Below, piece by piece: positions 22,547-34,358 of a stretch of DNA of 35,979 nt; within the stretch, counting starts at the first letter, position 1; each line of letters starts with the position of its first letter. The notes beneath the pieces were generated by a model. The model saw nothing but the letters and a program-made list of their open reading frames with translations. It had not been told where the DNA came from and made no database searches. Source of the stretch: Octopus bimaculoides (taxonomy: Eukaryota). The stretch lies in contig NC_069003.1 in assembly GCF_001194135.2 (NCBI RefSeq), positions 14,347,020 to 14,382,998 of the forward strand, in the 5' to 3' direction. The translations under genes were made by a program, and so were the position numbers.

Positions 22547-23207
22547 TATATATACCCACCTTCCCCTCTTTCTCTCCCCCCATACCNNNNNNNNNNNNNN
22601 NNNNNNNNNNNNNNNNNNNNNNNNNNNNNNNNNNNNNNNNNNNNNNNNNNNNNNNNNNNNNNNNNNNNNNNNNNNNNNNNNNNNNNNNNNNNNNNNNNNN
22701 NNNNNNNNNNNNNNNNNNNNNNNNNNNNNNNNNNNNNNNNNNNNNNNNNNNNNNNNNNNNNNNNNNNNNNNNNNNNNNNNNNNNNNNNNNNNNNNNNNNN
22801 NNNNNNNNNNNNNNNNNNNNNNNNNNNNNNNNNNNNNNNNNNNNNNNNNNNNNNNNNNNNNNNNNNNNNNNNNNNNNNNNNNNNNNNNNNNNNNNNNNNN
22901 NNNNNNNNNNNNNNNNNNNNNNNNNNNNNNNNNNNNNNNNNNNNNNNNNNNNNNNNNNNNNNNNNNNNNNNNNNNNNNNNNNNNNNNNNNNNNNNNNNNN
23001 NNNNNNNNNNNNNNNNNNNNNNNNNNNNNNNNNNNNNNNNNNNNNNNNNNNNNNNNNNNNNNNNNNNNNNNNNNNNNNNNNNNNNNNNNNNNCCAGCATT
23101 CTACCTCCCACACACAGCCCCTCGTTCCCGATCACCGTTTGTTATCTCCCCCTTTCTTAGCTCTCCTGAAATAAGAATTTCTAACTTCCGGTCAGTCATT
23201 GTTATGA

Positions 23208-23412
23208 TCGGCCATTATTATGATTGACCGTTGACGGAACACTATTCAATTTTTTTTCTCCGTGTTTTTCTCCTTGTCTCCGTATTCTTTCTGTTGAAGA
23301 GCGTAGCTCGAAACGTCAAAGACTTTCCGTATTCCCGAGCGTCATACTAATATATACTTTTGTTATTTACACCACCTGTCCTCGTCTGTTGTTATTATTT
23401 GTATATTCTCCC
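23208..23412 (+). mobile_element. Family A terminus, copy 3 (HHR-like motif 23286-23322)
   Basis: Reverse complement of 9238-9442 with 2 mismatches; motif TCTTT CTGTTGA A GAGC gta GCTC GAA ACGT C AAAGA; ends in (TA)n; extra CT-rich sequence upstream (23093-23207). Confidence 0.8.
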
Positions 23413-23855
23413 ATATATATATATATATATATATACACAATGCATTGGCACAAGAGCTGATTTCTGCATGGAGATTATTAAGTAAAGGCTAGCATATTTA
23501 ATGAAGTCAACCACAAGGTATTTTGGGAATGATTGAGATTATACTCGTAGCAATAAAAGAATCATTAGCGGTAATGAAAATACTTGTAAAATATGATAAG
23601 GGAGAGAAATCTGCAATTATTAATTCATTAATCATTAAATGGCGGCATACGTATCTTGTGCAATCGAATTTATGCACATACGCATGTACGTATACACACA
23701 AAAACGCGCGCACACGCGCACACATATGATGCACTCATACATATAACCATATATGTGGGTGCATGTATCATATGAATATATATATATATTTTGTACATGT
23801 ATATATGCTTGTATATGCGTATACATACTTATGTATATACTGGTATATTAATTTA

Positions 23856-23894
<39 letters not shown>

Positions 23895-23925
23895 NNNNNN
23901 NNNNNNNNNNNNNNNNNNNNNNNNN

Positions 23926-23961
<36 letters not shown>

Positions 23962-24073
23962 GAATATAAATATATCTAATATATATATATATTAGATATA
24001 TTTATATGGATTTACATACGCAAACAAACCCCCCCACACAAACACACACATATGTATGTATATATATATATGT

Positions 24074-24105
<32 letters not shown>

Positions 24106-24809
24106 TTGTGTGTGTGTCTGTGTGTGTGTTTGTGTGCATAAATATATAAATGCATAAATATATGCTTAGATCCAAATACATTTACATAAAAATACATGCA
24201 TTAATGTACCTAATTTAGTAAAATGTCTCGATGAAAAATAAAACAAGAATAATATGTATAGCAACACATAGAGTGTTTGATTTCGATCTATTTGTCTTGG
24301 TATACATATAAGTAATATACAGAAGCAAAATCGCTTATTAAGCATTTATTAAAACCAAAGAAATCCCATCATAAATACATCAATATAACATAAGAAGAAT
24401 AGAAGACAAGAAAGATAGATATTAAAAGTATGGTATTACTGAAAGCTATAATTTATAAGGAATTAATAAGATTTAGGTAGAGAGATGAATGTTATAAATA
24501 TTCGTTACGAACGCGAAACGTCTTTTAAGCTCAGTGTTAAAACATGATTGTTAAAGAAAATAGATAACATTTCTGAAAATGCATTTAAGAAAAACAAAAA
24601 TGTTGTGGTTATATTCAATTAGGAATTAGAAATATTAAATTATTAGCACAATGTATATGCTATTTGTAAGGTATACACACGTTATACGTTATGTATGTAT
24701 ATATGCATGTATGAATAATCTCGTAAAAAGTTTCACGATACCTTACACATGGACAGATAAATATGAACAAACTCGTACATTTATACGTACGTATGTACAT
24801 ATATATGTA

Positions 24810-25679
24810 TACGAGCTGATATCAAAACGTTCCCGGACTACTATTGCACACCAACAATGGCAGCATACGGTTGCGTGCACAGTGCGAGTTCGCAATGGCC
24901 TTCATAAGGCAGTGTGCCGAGTGACATCACTGTGGTTAGTTCGCAAGGTGTGAAATTTGTGTTTTCGTGATCAAGTGTATATTGTTGTCTGCGATTTTGT
25001 CATGGACAAGAACAAGGAGCCAACGTGAAATTTTGCATTAAACTTAGGAAGTCTACTACCGAGGCATTGAGCATGCTTCAGCAAGCTTACAGCGACAAGG
25101 CAGCGGGTCGTAAGCAATGTTTCAAGTGACACGGATGCTGTAAAAGCGGAAGAAAGTTCCTGTAAGTCGATAAGTGATTTGAAAGATCTGCCACAAGCGT
25201 CATCCTCAGAAATGTGGTATTGTGCATCGAGAATTGATCTCTCAGGGCCAGACAGTCAATCGAGAGTCGTTTTGAAGCGTGTGGGGCAGGATATTCGGCG
25301 AAAACGACCTGATCTGGGGAGCGTGAAGAATTGGATTCTCCACGGAGCTCTCCTCACTGGTGAGTTTCTCGCCAAAAAACAACATGGCATTACTTCTGCA
25401 TCCACCCTATTCGCCAGATTTAACACCTGTGGCCTTCCATATCTTCCCCAAGATGAAATTGCAGCTCAAAGGACACCGTTTTGACACCGTTGTCGAAATC
25501 CTGAGCGAATCGCAAAAGGTCCTCGACTAGCTTTTGGAAAATGATTTCCAGATTGGATTCCAAAAGTAGCAAAACGCTGGAACCGGTGTATTGCTGCTCA
25601 AGGCACTATTTTGATGATGTTAAAACTTAGGTAGATAAGTTTTTTTTTTATTAAACGTAACTTTTTAACACCATCCCGA

Positions 25680-25682
<3 letters not shown>
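24810..25682 (+). mobile_element. Internally deleted mariner DNA transposon
   Basis: Left TIR TACGAGCTGATATCAAAACGTTCCCGGACT; N-terminal EQGANVKFCIKLRKSTTEALSMLQQAY (Mos1-type HTH) at about 25005-25160; C-terminal HPPYSPDLTPVAFHIFPKMKLQLKGHRFDT at about 25400-25490; degenerate right TIR at about 25655-25682; central transposase missing. Confidence 0.88.
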
Positions 25683-25750
<68 letters not shown>

Positions 25751-25760
25751 NNNNNNNNNN

Positions 25761-25826
<66 letters not shown>
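25681..25826. repeat. (CA)n - N10 - (TG)n
   Basis: Visible mirrored microsatellite around a 10-N gap. Confidence 0.9.
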
Positions 25827-25830
<4 letters not shown>

Positions 25831-26169
25831 ATCCGCGATGTAGAAAGAGTGGTGTATATTTTTTAAAATTATTTTTCTAATTTGTATTTATTTATTTTAC
25901 CATAAATGCAAAACAACACCAGGGAGGAATCGACGTAACCGTAAATAATAAACCACGATAAGTAAACAGCGATATAGCGAGGGATTACAGTACACACACA
26001 CAAAAAAAACACACACACATACACACACACACACACACACATATATATACACATGTGTATGAGCGTGAGTGTGTCTGTATGGATTTGTGTGTGTTTGTAC
26101 GTATGTGTATGCATATATATGCGTACATACATATGTTTATATCTCTCTCTCCCTCTCTATCTCAATATC

Positions 26170-26305
26170 TACCCCTCTCCCTCCTTCCCTCTCTCTCTAT
26201 CCACCCCTCTCTACCCCTCTTTCCCTCTCTACCCCCTCCTTCCCTCTCTACCCCGCCTTCCCTTTCTACCCCTCCTTCCCTCTCTACGCCTCCTTCCCTC
26301 TCTAT
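26170..26305. repeat. About 18-bp pyrimidine minisatellite (CCCTCCTTCCCTCTCTAC)n
   Basis: Several near-identical 18-nt units visible. Confidence 0.75.
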
Positions 26306-26314
26306 CCATTTATA

Positions 26315-26445
26315 AGTGTAGTGTGGTTAAGAATCTTGCTTCACAACCACATACTTTCGCGTTCAATCCCACTGCACACAATCTTGAGGAAATGTCTTTT
26401 CTACGATAAACGCGGGCCGACCAGTACCTCGTGACTAAATTTGCA
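26315..26445 (+). mobile_element. SINE family B 5' part
   Basis: AGTGTAGTGTGGTTAAGAATCTTGCTTCACAACCACAT..GTTCAATCCCACTGC (A and B boxes), homologous to 18831-18930. Confidence 0.6.
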
Positions 26446-26464
26446 TGACGCAAGCCATGTACAA

Positions 26465-26654
26465 ACGAGGGGTTGCTGAAAAGTTCCTAGCTTTAAGGAT
26501 ATCGCGAAAGGCTTGGCTGGAGGCCCAAGTTCTTTTACAGGGCTTAGAAAAACTGAAGGACCACTGCAATAAGTGTGTGAATCTGACAAGGGATATGTTG
26601 AATAAAATCATAATTAACGGATCCTCTTGAATTTTCCTTTGCTCAAAGCTAGGA
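26465..26654 (+). mobile_element. Mariner-derived MITE-like remnant
   Basis: Starts ACGAGGGGTTGCTGAAAAGTTCCTAGCTTT (TIR-like, resembles the 24810 TIR); inner 10 bp TCCTAGCTTT (26485-26494) recurs inverted as AAAGCTAGGA (26645-26654); internal LQGLEKLKDHCNKCVNL resembles the mariner C-terminal GIxKLxxRWxKC motif. Confidence 0.65.
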
Positions 26655-26693
26655 CATGCATACATACATACACACACACACACNNNNNNNNNN

Positions 26694-26752
<59 letters not shown>

Positions 26753-26829
26753 TTGTGTGTGTGTCTGTGTGTGTGTGTGTGTGTACATATACACCATTAT
26801 ACCACGACCTATACACACTGTTGAATTCA

Positions 26830-26865
26830 CTTTCTGTGGAAGAGCGTAGGCTCGAAACGTCAAAG
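26830..26865 (+). ncRNA. Minimal type I hammerhead-like motif, family A-related subfamily
   Basis: CTTT (I) - CTGTGGA - A - GAGC gtag GCTC (II) - GAA - ACGT - C - AAAG (I'); tail of about 90 nt ends in (CA)n. Confidence 0.55.
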
Positions 26866-27171
26866 ACTTTTCCATTCTTCTCGAGCGTCAAACTAATACA
26901 CCTAACTGTTGTTCCCTTAGCTGTCTTTGTCTTTTTTCTCTGTACATTTGAAACACACACACACAGTCACATATATATCTGTCTGTCTGTCTTGTTAGTG
27001 CGTTAGCTAGCTTGTGATATATGTATATGTATACTTGTTGGTGAGTAATATTTGTTGGTACTATATTAGTTCATGCGTACTATGCATTGGTGTTATATTG
27101 ATGGGTTATATGTGATCAAAGAACGTATAATACCGCCATAAAAGCATGTGTATCTTATGTGATCCGTGAAC

Positions 27172-27300
27172 GGAGCGTGGCCTGATGCCCAGGGTGTTGC
27201 ATTCACCATCAAGAGACTGGGTTTCGCTTCTCCTTACCGGGCAGTACCTTGTCTTCTTGTGTAAAACAATTCAGTTCACGTTGCTCCAATGATTTCAGTC
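27172..27300 (+). mobile_element. tRNA-derived SINE (family C)
   Basis: GGAGCGTGGCCTGATGCCCAGGGTGTTGCATTCA..GGTTTCGCTTC..ACCGGGCAGTACCTTGTCTTCTTG; homologous to 10795-10900. Confidence 0.55.
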
Positions 27301-27999
27301 ACTTATACGTCATTGTAACCAGATCAGCGGCCCTATCCATCCGTGGACTCAAGACAGTAATGCCCGTCCTTTTTGATGTCTCTTACACGTTTTCTCCACT
27401 GTCGGAGCCTCCGTAATATATGATCGCTGCTACAGTTTCTTCTGTAACAAAACCATTAAAATACAATTCTAGAAAAACAAACGTAGGACCACATCCTTGC
27501 TTTCCTTAGAAAAAAAATTAATTAATCGAATGATTGGCTTTTTTGAGTTAACGGTTGAACTTGAAGTATATGAAACTACGAATAATAGCGTATAAGTATT
27601 CGGTTAATAAAAAAAAAAAAACCTTGATACAAAAAGTCGCCAACTGCTGTGGGACACGAACTCACGACTTCTGTAAGCTTAACTGATATCCTATCATTTA
27701 GTCCTATGTCAGCCTTCATTGAACGGACCCATGATCACAACGCTTCTGCCATGACCGGCGCGTCTTATTACTTCCTGTGCAGTTGTCCTTTCATTTTTGA
27801 AAAACGTTACGATACATGATTTGAGAAAGATGTGGCTTCTATTTCTAAGCAGGGACTCTCTGGTTGGTTTGATAAAATGCTAGTTGATTAATTTCATGCT
27901 AGGTGAGGTGGCCATGTTTGAAAATGGCTGACAACTTGATTTCTATTTACAATAATGGAGAGGAATTAATCTTCTTTGACAACTATTTCATTGTCTCTT

Positions 28000-28681
28000 T
28001 AATCTAATCATATTCGACAACAACTGTATCAACAACATACACAGCAACAACGTCAACAACAGCATCAACACCAGCAGACCCAATAGCAGCAGCAGCAGCA
28101 GCAGCAGAAGCAGGAATAGAATCAGCGGCAACAGCAACTGCTGTTATCAAAACGAAGCAGCAGCATTGATAATAACAGAAGACAAACAATACCAAGTTTA
28201 ACCACCACCAACAGCTTCATCATCATCAACATCATCATCATCATCACCAACAACAGTAATGAATATAAATCCACAGAAGAGACAACCAGAACAGCAGCAG
28301 CACCAGCAACAACAACAGCAATAACAATAACAAACACCGACTGCAACAGTAACGGCAATAATAAAGACAAAGGCGAACAGCAAGATTATGAATAATTATA
28401 GAGATAACTACTCCAGCATCAAACAAGACTGATAGCAACAACAACAACAAAAACAACAAAATGCCAAAACCACAAGGATGATAATAACGACGACGACGAC
28501 GACGATGATGATGATGACGATGATGATGATGATGATGATGATGACGATGATGACGACGACGACGACGACAACAACAATAATAATAATAATAATAAAAGCA
28601 ACAACGACGACGACGAAGGTGATGATGATGATGATGATAGCGGTGTGGATGATGATGATGATAATAAAAATTATGCCATCA

Positions 28682-28727
<46 letters not shown>

Positions 28728-28776
28728 TGATAATAATAATGATAATATTAATAATAATAATAATAATCATAATAAT

Positions 28777-28856
<80 letters not shown>

Positions 28857-28884
28857 TGATGATGATGATGATGATAATCATAAT

Positions 28885-28931
<47 letters not shown>

Positions 28932-30250
28932 TAATAATAATAATAATGATAATAATAATAATGATGATAATAATAATAATGATAATAATAATAATAATAA
29001 TAATAATAATGNNNNNNNNNNNNNNNNNNNNNNNNNNNNNNNNNNNNNNNNNNNNNNNNNNNNNNNNNNNNNNNNNNNNNNNNNNNNNNNNNNNNNNNNN
29101 NNNNNNNNNNNNNNNNNNNNNNNNNNNNNNNNNNNNNNNNNNNNNNNNNNNNNNNNNNNNNNNNNNNNNNNNNNNNNNNNNNNNNNNNNNNNNNNNNNNN
29201 NNNNNNNNNNNNNNNNNNNNNNNNNNNNNNNNNNNNNNNNNNNNNNNNNNNNNNNNNNNNNNNNNNNNNNNNNNNNNNNNNNNNNNNNNNNNNNNNNNNN
29301 NNNNNNNNNNNNNNNNNNNNNNNNNNNNNNNNNNNNNNNNNNNNNNNNNNNNNNNNNNNNNNNNNNNNNNNNNNNNNNNNNNNNNNNNNNNNNNNNNNNN
29401 NNNNNNNNNNNNNNNNNNNNNNNNNNNNNNNNNNNNNNNNNNNNNNNNNNNNNNNNNNNNNNNNNNNNNNNNNNNNNNNNNNNNNNNNNNNNNNNNNNNN
29501 NNNNNNNNNNNNNNNNNNNNNNNNNNNNNNNNNNNNNNNNNNNNNNNNNNNNNNNNNNNNNNNNNNNNNNNNNNNNNNNNNNNNNNNNNNNNNNNNNNNN
29601 NNNNNNNNNNNNNACCACCGCGACTACCACCACGACTACCACCACGACTACCACCAACACCTCTACCACCACCAACACGACTACCACCACGACTACCACC
29701 GCGACTACCACCACGACTACCACCACGACTACCACCACGACTACCACGACCACCACTACCGCACTATCACGTTCCAACAATATTACCACCAACTTCACCG
29801 TTACCTCTATCATCAGCACCTCCACCACAATATCCACCACAGTCACTACCACCACCACCACCACCACCACCACCATTACGACAACGACGACTACTACCAA
29901 CAGCAACAACACCAGCATTAACGCAGCCACATCCATCACCACATCCGTCACCTGCACCACCACTTCATCCATCACTATCATCATCACGGTCATCATCAGT
30001 ACGTTTCCTATCAACGACAGCAACAGCACCGCATGCTAAGACATCACTCGCCTTCACAACACCATCAACAAAACAGCAACGCACACCACACCACACCGCA
30101 GCACACCACACCATACCATACTATGCCACTCGTCACAATGCAGCAGCACAGCACACCACCGCAGACTACACCATCCTACAGCAATGCCAAGTGAACGAAA
30201 CATCGCATTATCATATCATGGACAAGTACAACACATTACATTACACATAA
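28000..30250. repeat. Large compound trinucleotide field (CAA/CAG, GAC/GAT, AAT; gap; CCA/ACG with 12-bp CCACCACGACTA units)
   Basis: Visible; accounts for the 590, 464 and 383 aa low-complexity ORFs. Confidence 0.95.
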
Positions 30251-31063
30251 CACGCAAACACCATACGATGCTTAAAACACACATATACAACAATGTACAC
30301 AAACACATAGCAATACGACAACCATAACTATTTTGTCGTGTGATAAATGATGCCAGATCTGTGAAAAATATGAAATAACATCTGAAAAGTTTTAATATTT
30401 TAAATCCCCTCCCAGCCTTCTCCTTCTCAATCTTATATTAGCCATACCCCTGTCAAAATCTCTGGCAGATACTGAAACGAAGTTCTTAAACCGAAACTGG
30501 GAGGTCTGGGGGATGAAAGAAGGCTTTGTGATGTTTCTTCTGTGCGGAATTGATGCCGGCAATTGATGGTGTTGTGGGGGTTGAGTTCTATCTTGTCAAA
30601 ATATCAACTTGAGAGATTTTTACATCCTTCGTTGGTTGTTTTGTCTTCTTTGTTGCTGGTGTATTCCCACACTTTTAGTTTTCCCTTTGGTAATAAATCT
30701 CTTCGATGAAGATTGGCTGAGGGGTGACCACTACTACTGCCACTACCACCATCAACAAAACCGCCACCAGCAACAGCAGCATCGCCACCACCAGAAACAA
30801 CAGCATCGCCGCCGCCGCCCCCTCCGCAACCACCACCACCACCGCCTACAAAAACAAGATCGAGATTACTATCACTAGAACCAGCACCACAAAAATCTCC
30901 ACCACCGGAACACCATTACTGAACCAACCACCAAAACCGCTACAAAAACACTACCACCACCTCCAGCAGCAGCATTTTCCCCACCACCTTTAACGAATCA
31001 GCCTCTGATTCCTGTGATATTTTCTATAAACTGACAAAGTGAGTTCAGTTTAGGCTACAGAGT

Positions 31064-31116
31064 AAGTGTATCTGATGAGGATTAATTCAATCCGAGATCG
31101 TTGCTGATTTACACTT
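31064..31116 (+). ncRNA. Type I hammerhead-like motif with closed helix III (A14G, AUU site)
   Basis: AAGTGTA (I) - t - CTGATGA - GGATT aattc AATCC (II) - GAG - ATCG ttgc TGAT (III) - T - TACACTT (I'). Three helices of 7, 5 and 4 bp form in the right order. Confidence 0.68.
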
Positions 31117-31262
31117 CTCGCTTGCTGTAGGGAGGTAAGGTAGGCTGGTCTCCTTTGTCAGTCAATAAATAAGTACTTTGCCCGTGGCTAAGACTTATCT
31201 TGACTCTTATTTCTACCAATAGTGGTGCTGACTTGCACCTTAGACACTTTAGTGACAATTGT

Positions 31263-31295
<33 letters not shown>

Positions 31296-32033
31296 CACGC
31301 ATATATGTATATATATATANNNNNNNNNNNNNNNNNNNNNNNNNNNNNNNNNNNNNNNNNNNNNNNNNNNNNNNNNNNNNNNNNNNNNNNNNNNNNNNNN
31401 NNNNNNNNNNNNNNNNNNNNNNNNNNNNNNNNNNNNNNNNNNNNNNNNNNNNNNNNNNNNNNNNNNNNNNNNNNNNNNNNNNNNNNNNNNNNNNNNNNNN
31501 NNNNNNNNNNNNNNNNNNNNNNNNNNNNNNNNNNNNNNNNNNNNNNNNNNNNNNNNNNNNNNNNNNNNNNNNNNNNNNNNNNNNNNNNNNNNNNNNNNNN
31601 NNNNNNNNNNNNNNNNNNNNNNNNNNNNNNNNNNNNNNNNNNNNNNNNNNNNNNNNNNNNNNNNNNNNNNNNNNNNNNNNNNNNNNNNNNNNNNNNNNNN
31701 NNNNNNNNNNNNNNNNNNNNNNNNNNNNNNNNNNNNNNNNNNNNNNNNNNNNNNNNNNNNNNNNNNNNNNNNNNNNNNNNNNNNNNNNNNNNNNNNNNNN
31801 NNNNNNNNNNNNNNNNNNNNNNNNNNNNNNNNNNNNNNNNNNNNNNNNNNNNNNNNNNNNNNNNNNNNNNNNNNNNNNNNNNNNNNNNNNNNNNNNNNNN
31901 NNNNNNNNNNNNNNNNNNNNNNNNNNNNNNNNNNNNNNNNNNNNNNNNNNNNNNNNNNNNNNNNNNNNNNNNNNNNNNNNNNNNNNNNNNNNNNNNNNNN
32001 NNNNNNNNNNNNNNNNNNNNNNNNNNNNNNNNN

Positions 32034-32281
32034 GTAGTGGAGGAATGCTTTGATCTGAAAAGGATCTGAAATCTGTCGAAAATGCTCGTTTTTCTTAACT
32101 TGTCATTCCGTTTTAATGATCTAAAAATAAACAAAAATTAACTAAAATTAACTAGAAAAAAAAAAAAGGATTCCAAAATGATTCAAAAATAGAATTCTCG
32201 AAAAAAATATATTCCAAAATTTAAAAACGCAATAAATTCCAAATTTAAAAAACCGGCGGGAACTTAGTTGCCAACCCAATA
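32034..32281 (-). mobile_element. 5' end of a mariner transposon (TIR and transposase start), truncated by gap
   Basis: Minus strand begins TATTGGGTTGGCAACTAAGTTCCCGCCGG (mariner-type TIR with TA); about 170 nt later TE*QVKKNEHFRQI resembles the mariner N-terminal xxEHFRHxLLF motif. Confidence 0.65.
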
Positions 32282-32379
32282 CATATGACAAATGAAAGAC
32301 GGATTATGGAATATACGAGAACTTATTATTAATCACGACAATTGTTTCGACACATCTAGCATCGACTCCTCGTGGGTGG

Positions 32380-32844
32380 GAAACTCAATAGCTGTATTTT
32401 TAAGTCTGGTTGAGTATTTCGGTTGACTTCCCTTAATGTTAGTATATATATTTCCTTTGCTCGTTTAATACCATCATTCATTAATGATATTGGGTAATGT
32501 CTTTTCACTAGTATTGATCTGAGTTCAAGGAGTCTTCGTTCACGAGTATAGGTGTCCGAAACTATGGTACAGATTCTTTTCGCTAGATTATAAGGTATAT
32601 TAATTTTTATGTGTTTGGGGTGGCATGAGTTGAATAATAGGTATTGTTTTGAATCTGTGTGTTTTTTGAAGATGTCTGTTTCGATGTGGCTATTGACTAT
32701 TTTAATTGGGATGTCAAGAAAAGGGAGTTGTTTACTGCTGTCCTCCATGGTGAAGTGTATGTTGCTATTAGTATTGTTAAGCATTATTTTGAAATGGACG
32801 GGTTTGTCCATGCTATCTTTCCAAAGTATAAAGTAATCGTCCAA

Positions 32845-32850
<6 letters not shown>
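32380..32850 (-). pseudogene. Penelope-like reverse transcriptase fragment (catalytic DD through thumb)
   Basis: ORF 32356..32844: [66 protein letters not shown], the typical PLE RT C-terminal motif series. 5' end fused to (GATA)n. Confidence 0.9.
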
Positions 32851-32943
<93 letters not shown>

Positions 32944-33709
32944 ATATATAGAGAGACAGATAGATATAAATATGTATACATGTATACAAATTTAGTATAT
33001 ATATATACGCATGTAGGNNNNNNNNNNNNNNNNNNNNNNNNNNNNNNNNNNNNNNNNNNNNNNNNNNNNNNNNNNNNNNNNNNNNNNNNNNNNNNNNNNN
33101 NNNNNNNNNNNNNNNNNNNNNNNNNNNNNNNNNNNNNNNNNNNNNNNNNNNNNNNNNNNNNNNNNNNNNNNNNNNNNNNNNNNNNNNNNNNNNNNNNNNN
33201 NNNNNNNNNNNNNNNNNNNNNNNNNNNNNNNNNNNNNNNNNNNNNNNNNNNNNNNNNNNNNNNNNNNNNNNNNNNNNNNNNNNNNNNNNNNNNNNNNNNN
33301 NNNNNNNNNNNNNNNNNNNNNNNNNNNNNNNNNNNNNNNNNNNNNNNNNNNNNNNNNNNNNNNNNNNNNNNNNNNNNNNNNNNNNNNNNNNNNNNNNNNN
33401 NNNNNNNNNNNNNNNNNNNNNNNNNNNNNNNNNNNNNNNNNNNNNNNNNNNNNNNNNNNNNNNNNNNNNNNNNNNNNNNNNNNNNNNNNNNNNNNNNNNN
33501 NNNNNNNNNNNNNNNNNNNNNNNNNNNNNNNNNNNNNNNNNNNNNNNNNNNNNNNNNNNNNNNNNNNNNNNNNNNNNNNNNNNNNNNNNNNNNNNNNNNN
33601 NNNNNNNNNNNNNNNNNNNNNNNNNNNNNNNNNNNNNNNNNNNNNNNNNNNNNNNNNNNNNNNNNNNNNNNNNNNNNNNNNNNNNNNNNNNNNNNNNNNN
33701 NNNNNNNNN

Positions 33710-33741
<32 letters not shown>

Positions 33742-34134
33742 CACATACATATATATTCATATATATATATGTGTGGGTATATATAAACGTGTTAGAATTA
33801 GAGATAATGAGGGAGAGGGAGTGAAAGAGAGGAAAGTCAAAGCAGGAAGAAGAAAATAATGGGATTTTTGTAAGCGATAAGAAACACATCTTGAACAAAA
33901 GGCAACAGAAGAAAAAGCGATAGAAGCAAATGAAAATAGCACGCACTCTCACGTACATACACCCATGTGCACACACACATACATTGACTTACACAAATCT
34001 ACGCATAGATTCGCACAGAGACGGAAACACGTATGTATTTACGCATGAACATTTACAGAAAGATAAAGAGACACAGAGAGACGCATGTATGCATTCACAC
34101 GTGTACATAACAAAAGTTAAGAGAATATTAAAGC

Positions 34135-34136
<2 letters not shown>

Positions 34137-34171
<35 letters not shown>

Positions 34172-34183
34172 CTGTCATATTTA

Positions 34184-34218
<35 letters not shown>

Positions 34219-34308
34219 GTAGTAGTAGTAGTAGTAGCAGCAGCAGCAGTAGCAATAACAGCAGTGGTAATTGTAGATATAGCATTAGTAGTAGTTATAA
34301 TAATAATG

Positions 34309-34358
<50 letters not shown>

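Noticed and set aside
24480-24525. GAGATGA...CGAAACGTC
   Set aside because: Core 5' half mutated and helices weak.
27630-27712. tRNA-like minus-strand segment (GAGTTCGTGTCCC B-box-like, followed by a T run)
   Set aside because: Could not fold a cloverleaf or assign an anticodon; probably a SINE head relic. tRNAscan-SE would decide.
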